DNA of 64,000 nt from Candidatus Aenigmatarchaeota archaeon. Lineage in GTDB: Archaea > Aenigmatarchaeota > Aenigmatarchaeia > PWEA01. Made by a program: the position numbers and the translations under genes. How positions within the stretch are numbered: the first letter of the stretch is position 1; each line of letters opens with the position of its first letter. The notes under the pieces were generated by a model, which had not been told where the DNA came from, ran no database searches, and saw nothing but the letters and a program-made list of their open reading frames with translations. This document shows positions 62,523 through 64,000 of this stretch, piece by piece. The stretch covers positions 13,150-77,149 of the forward strand of contig JBKHHE010000001.1 of the NCBI GenBank assembly GCA_046539305.1. Reading direction: 5' to 3'.

Positions 62523-62858
62523 TTAGCTATACTCTCTCCACTTGTGCCCACATTTCTTGCACTTGTAGAATCTGGTCGGAGCTTCATCGCCGGAGCGAGT
62601 TTGCTGGGTCCACCATCCCGCCTTTTCGTGGCCGCACTCGGGACACTTCTTGTCGACTACAGGAAGGGCATCAGCTTCTTCTCTGCTCTCCTCATCCATC
62701 ACCACTATGTTCTCCCCATCGCTCTCATGTTTTTTAGCAACCTTGAAGTCCCCATCCTTGACCTTCTTCTTGTGGCCACAGCTTCTGCAGACTAAATATT
62801 TTTCTCCGTCTTCCTTCTTTGGAGACATTACAGAGCCACATTCATCACAGTATTCCAT
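62523..62858 (-). CDS. tfs: Transcription factor S / RNAP subunit M
   Basis: Two zinc ribbons. C-terminal QTRSGDEAPTRFYKCKKCGHKW. Confidence 0.9.
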   Translation of the reverse strand: MEYCDECGSVMSPKKEDGEKYLVCRSCGHKKKVKDGDFKVAKKHESDGENIVVMDEESREEADALPVVDKKCPECGHEKAGWWTQQTRSGDEAPTRFYKCKKCGHKWREYS

Positions 62859-62929
62859 AATCTGTCAACCTCGAGATATAAGTGGCTAAACCTTTAGGAA
62901 AAGTATATTTAAATGTTTTGGTTCGACCT

Positions 62930-63523
62930 TTAACGAAACAAGAGAGAAATCCAATTGATGAGCCTGCTGGCACCAAGTTTAATCCAGCCAAGATAGGGTA
63001 CTTTCAAAATTTCCCTGCCATGAACGTCCTCGGGGGTTACAAAATCTGCGCCCCTTTCCTGGTCGGAGTCCTGAACGTTGTCGCCCTTGGTAACGTACAG
63101 TATATCGGACTCGATCGATTCATGTGCCTCCCTGAGCTGATTATCCTGAATCCCGTCAAAGCCTTCCCAACTTTCCACCTGTATGCTCCCGTCAACCTTT
63201 CTGGACCTTGAAACCACACGGTGTATTATGGGTATTTCCCTCCACCCACCAAAGATTATTATGTCGCCGGGCTCGTATTCTTCCGCAGACTTGACGAAGA
63301 CTATGTCTCCAGGGTTGAGTGTAGAACGCATGGAATCACTTTCTACAGTTACTACAGGATACTCCGTGGAAAGTGCCGTGCTCAAACCCCAGTGTAGCAA
63401 AACCGCAAGAGCCACACCCAGGAGAAGATAGACCACCCAGCCCGTGGGGCCTTCCATCAATCTGTTCCACTCTTCCCTAAGCTCCTCCAACTGATTCACC
63501 TCTCTGGATAGCAGTTGCGACAA
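62930..63523 (-). CDS. Signal peptidase I, archaeal/ER Sec11 type
   Basis: VESDSMRSTLNPGDIVFV and IIHRV motifs. The alternative start ATG 63457 would remove the overlap with the upstream gene. Confidence 0.85.
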   Translation of the reverse strand: MSQLLSREVNQLEELREEWNRLMEGPTGWVVYLLLGVALAVLLHWGLSTALSTEYPVVTVESDSMRSTLNPGDIVFVKSAEEYEPGDIIIFGGWREIPIIHRVVSRSRKVDGSIQVESWEGFDGIQDNQLREAHESIESDILYVTKGDNVQDSDQERGADFVTPEDVHGREILKVPYLGWIKLGASRLINWISLLFR

Positions 63524-64000
63524 GATGTGATATCCTTATAGGCTCGGGTATGCGGCCTTTTGACGCAGATATTTCCAGCACTCTTCTGGCTTTATCTTCC
63601 TCTATGCCCGTATGTTGAAAATATACCTTCCCTCCTGAAACTCCAAGCTCTTTCAATTCTCCCGCCTTTTCCACGCATTTCCACCTCTCTTCAAAACGCG
63701 GCAACTTTTTCATGGCCTCTCGGAAACCCTTGAAGTCTATATCCTTCCTGGTCACAACTACTACGGGAAGTTCTGTTTTTCTGCTGATTTCCTGTATATC
63801 CACCGTGTTGAAACCAGCAAAAGTTATCCCGTCCAGCATCATGATCCTGAGCTGGCCCTTGTGTTTTGTCCCATTGGCGGCATGGATTATGGTTTCCGTG
63901 GCGTCAAATCCATCCACTTCTACTTCCTCAACAAGAACGCCGTCCAGATAAGGCTTCCCACCCCGAACCACACTACCAACCAGAGGGATCTTACCACTGC
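63477..64000 (-). CDS. DUF99/UPF0215 protein (endonuclease V-like fold), 5' end beyond window
   Basis: VRGGKPYLDGVLVEEVEVDGFDATE...MLDGITFAGFN. The frame stays open to the window edge. Confidence 0.7.
   Translation of the reverse strand, partial: SGKIPLVGSVVRGGKPYLDGVLVEEVEVDGFDATETIIHAANGTKHKGQLRIMMLDGITFAGFNTVDIQEISRKTELPVVVVTRKDIDFKGFREAMKKLPRFEERWKCVEKAGELKELGVSGGKVYFQHTGIEEDKARRVLEISASKGRIPEPIRISHLVATAIQRGESVGGA

Noticed and set aside
1-64000. Search by eye for CRISPR arrays, rRNA, IS elements, integrases, inteins and long direct repeats.
   Set aside because: None found. The only repeated DNA I could verify is the trm56/eno fragments at 48.2-48.4 kb and the 26-nt promoter element.

Overview
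Archaeal chromosomal window. Markers: two TFB paralogs, TFS, RpoF, L21e, class-I CCA enzyme, Trm1, Trm11/TrmG10, Trm56, Pus10, Taw1, RNase Z, a beta-CASP aCPSF2-type RNase, ApgM, type-2 IDI, an A24 prepilin peptidase and a Sec11-type signal peptidase. GC is about 50% overall, proteins are strongly acidic (Glu/Lys/Asp-rich), and coding density is about 90%, with about 80 protein genes on both strands. Most genes have a TTTAAATA-like TATA box 22-32 nt upstream of the ATG, implying leaderless or very short leaders. A few (hsp20) carry a GGAGGTGAT Shine-Dalgarno. I recognised no rRNA, tRNA, CRISPR array, transposase or integrase by eye. Lineage cannot be fixed from this window; a salt-adapted euryarchaeote or DPANN-like archaeon is only a guess. 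Main second-look items: (1) a 3-gene operon (17.6-20.8 kb) encoding an MscS-like channel fused to a catalytically dead C39-like domain, followed by one degenerate and one intact RimK-type ATP-grasp ligase; (2) a low-GC island (52.7-56.8 kb) with a wHTH-FIST regulator, a PaaK/LuxE-like adenylating enzyme and an ALDH/LuxC-like enzyme, next to a decayed MNT/HEPN pair; (3) a 58-codon chimeric ORF (48227-48403) built from a copy of the trm56 5' end fused in frame to a copy of the enolase 3' end; (4) an untracked 46-aa rubredoxin-like ORF translationally coupled to an FNR-like reductase; (5) a PurF homolog lacking the N-terminal nucleophile Cys; (6) three disrupted reading frames (GNAT, a membrane protein, and an ORF-poor patch at 8.6-9.1 kb); (7) a 26-nt promoter/leader element shared by unlinked genes. 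All functional calls come from motif recognition by eye. No database search was run.
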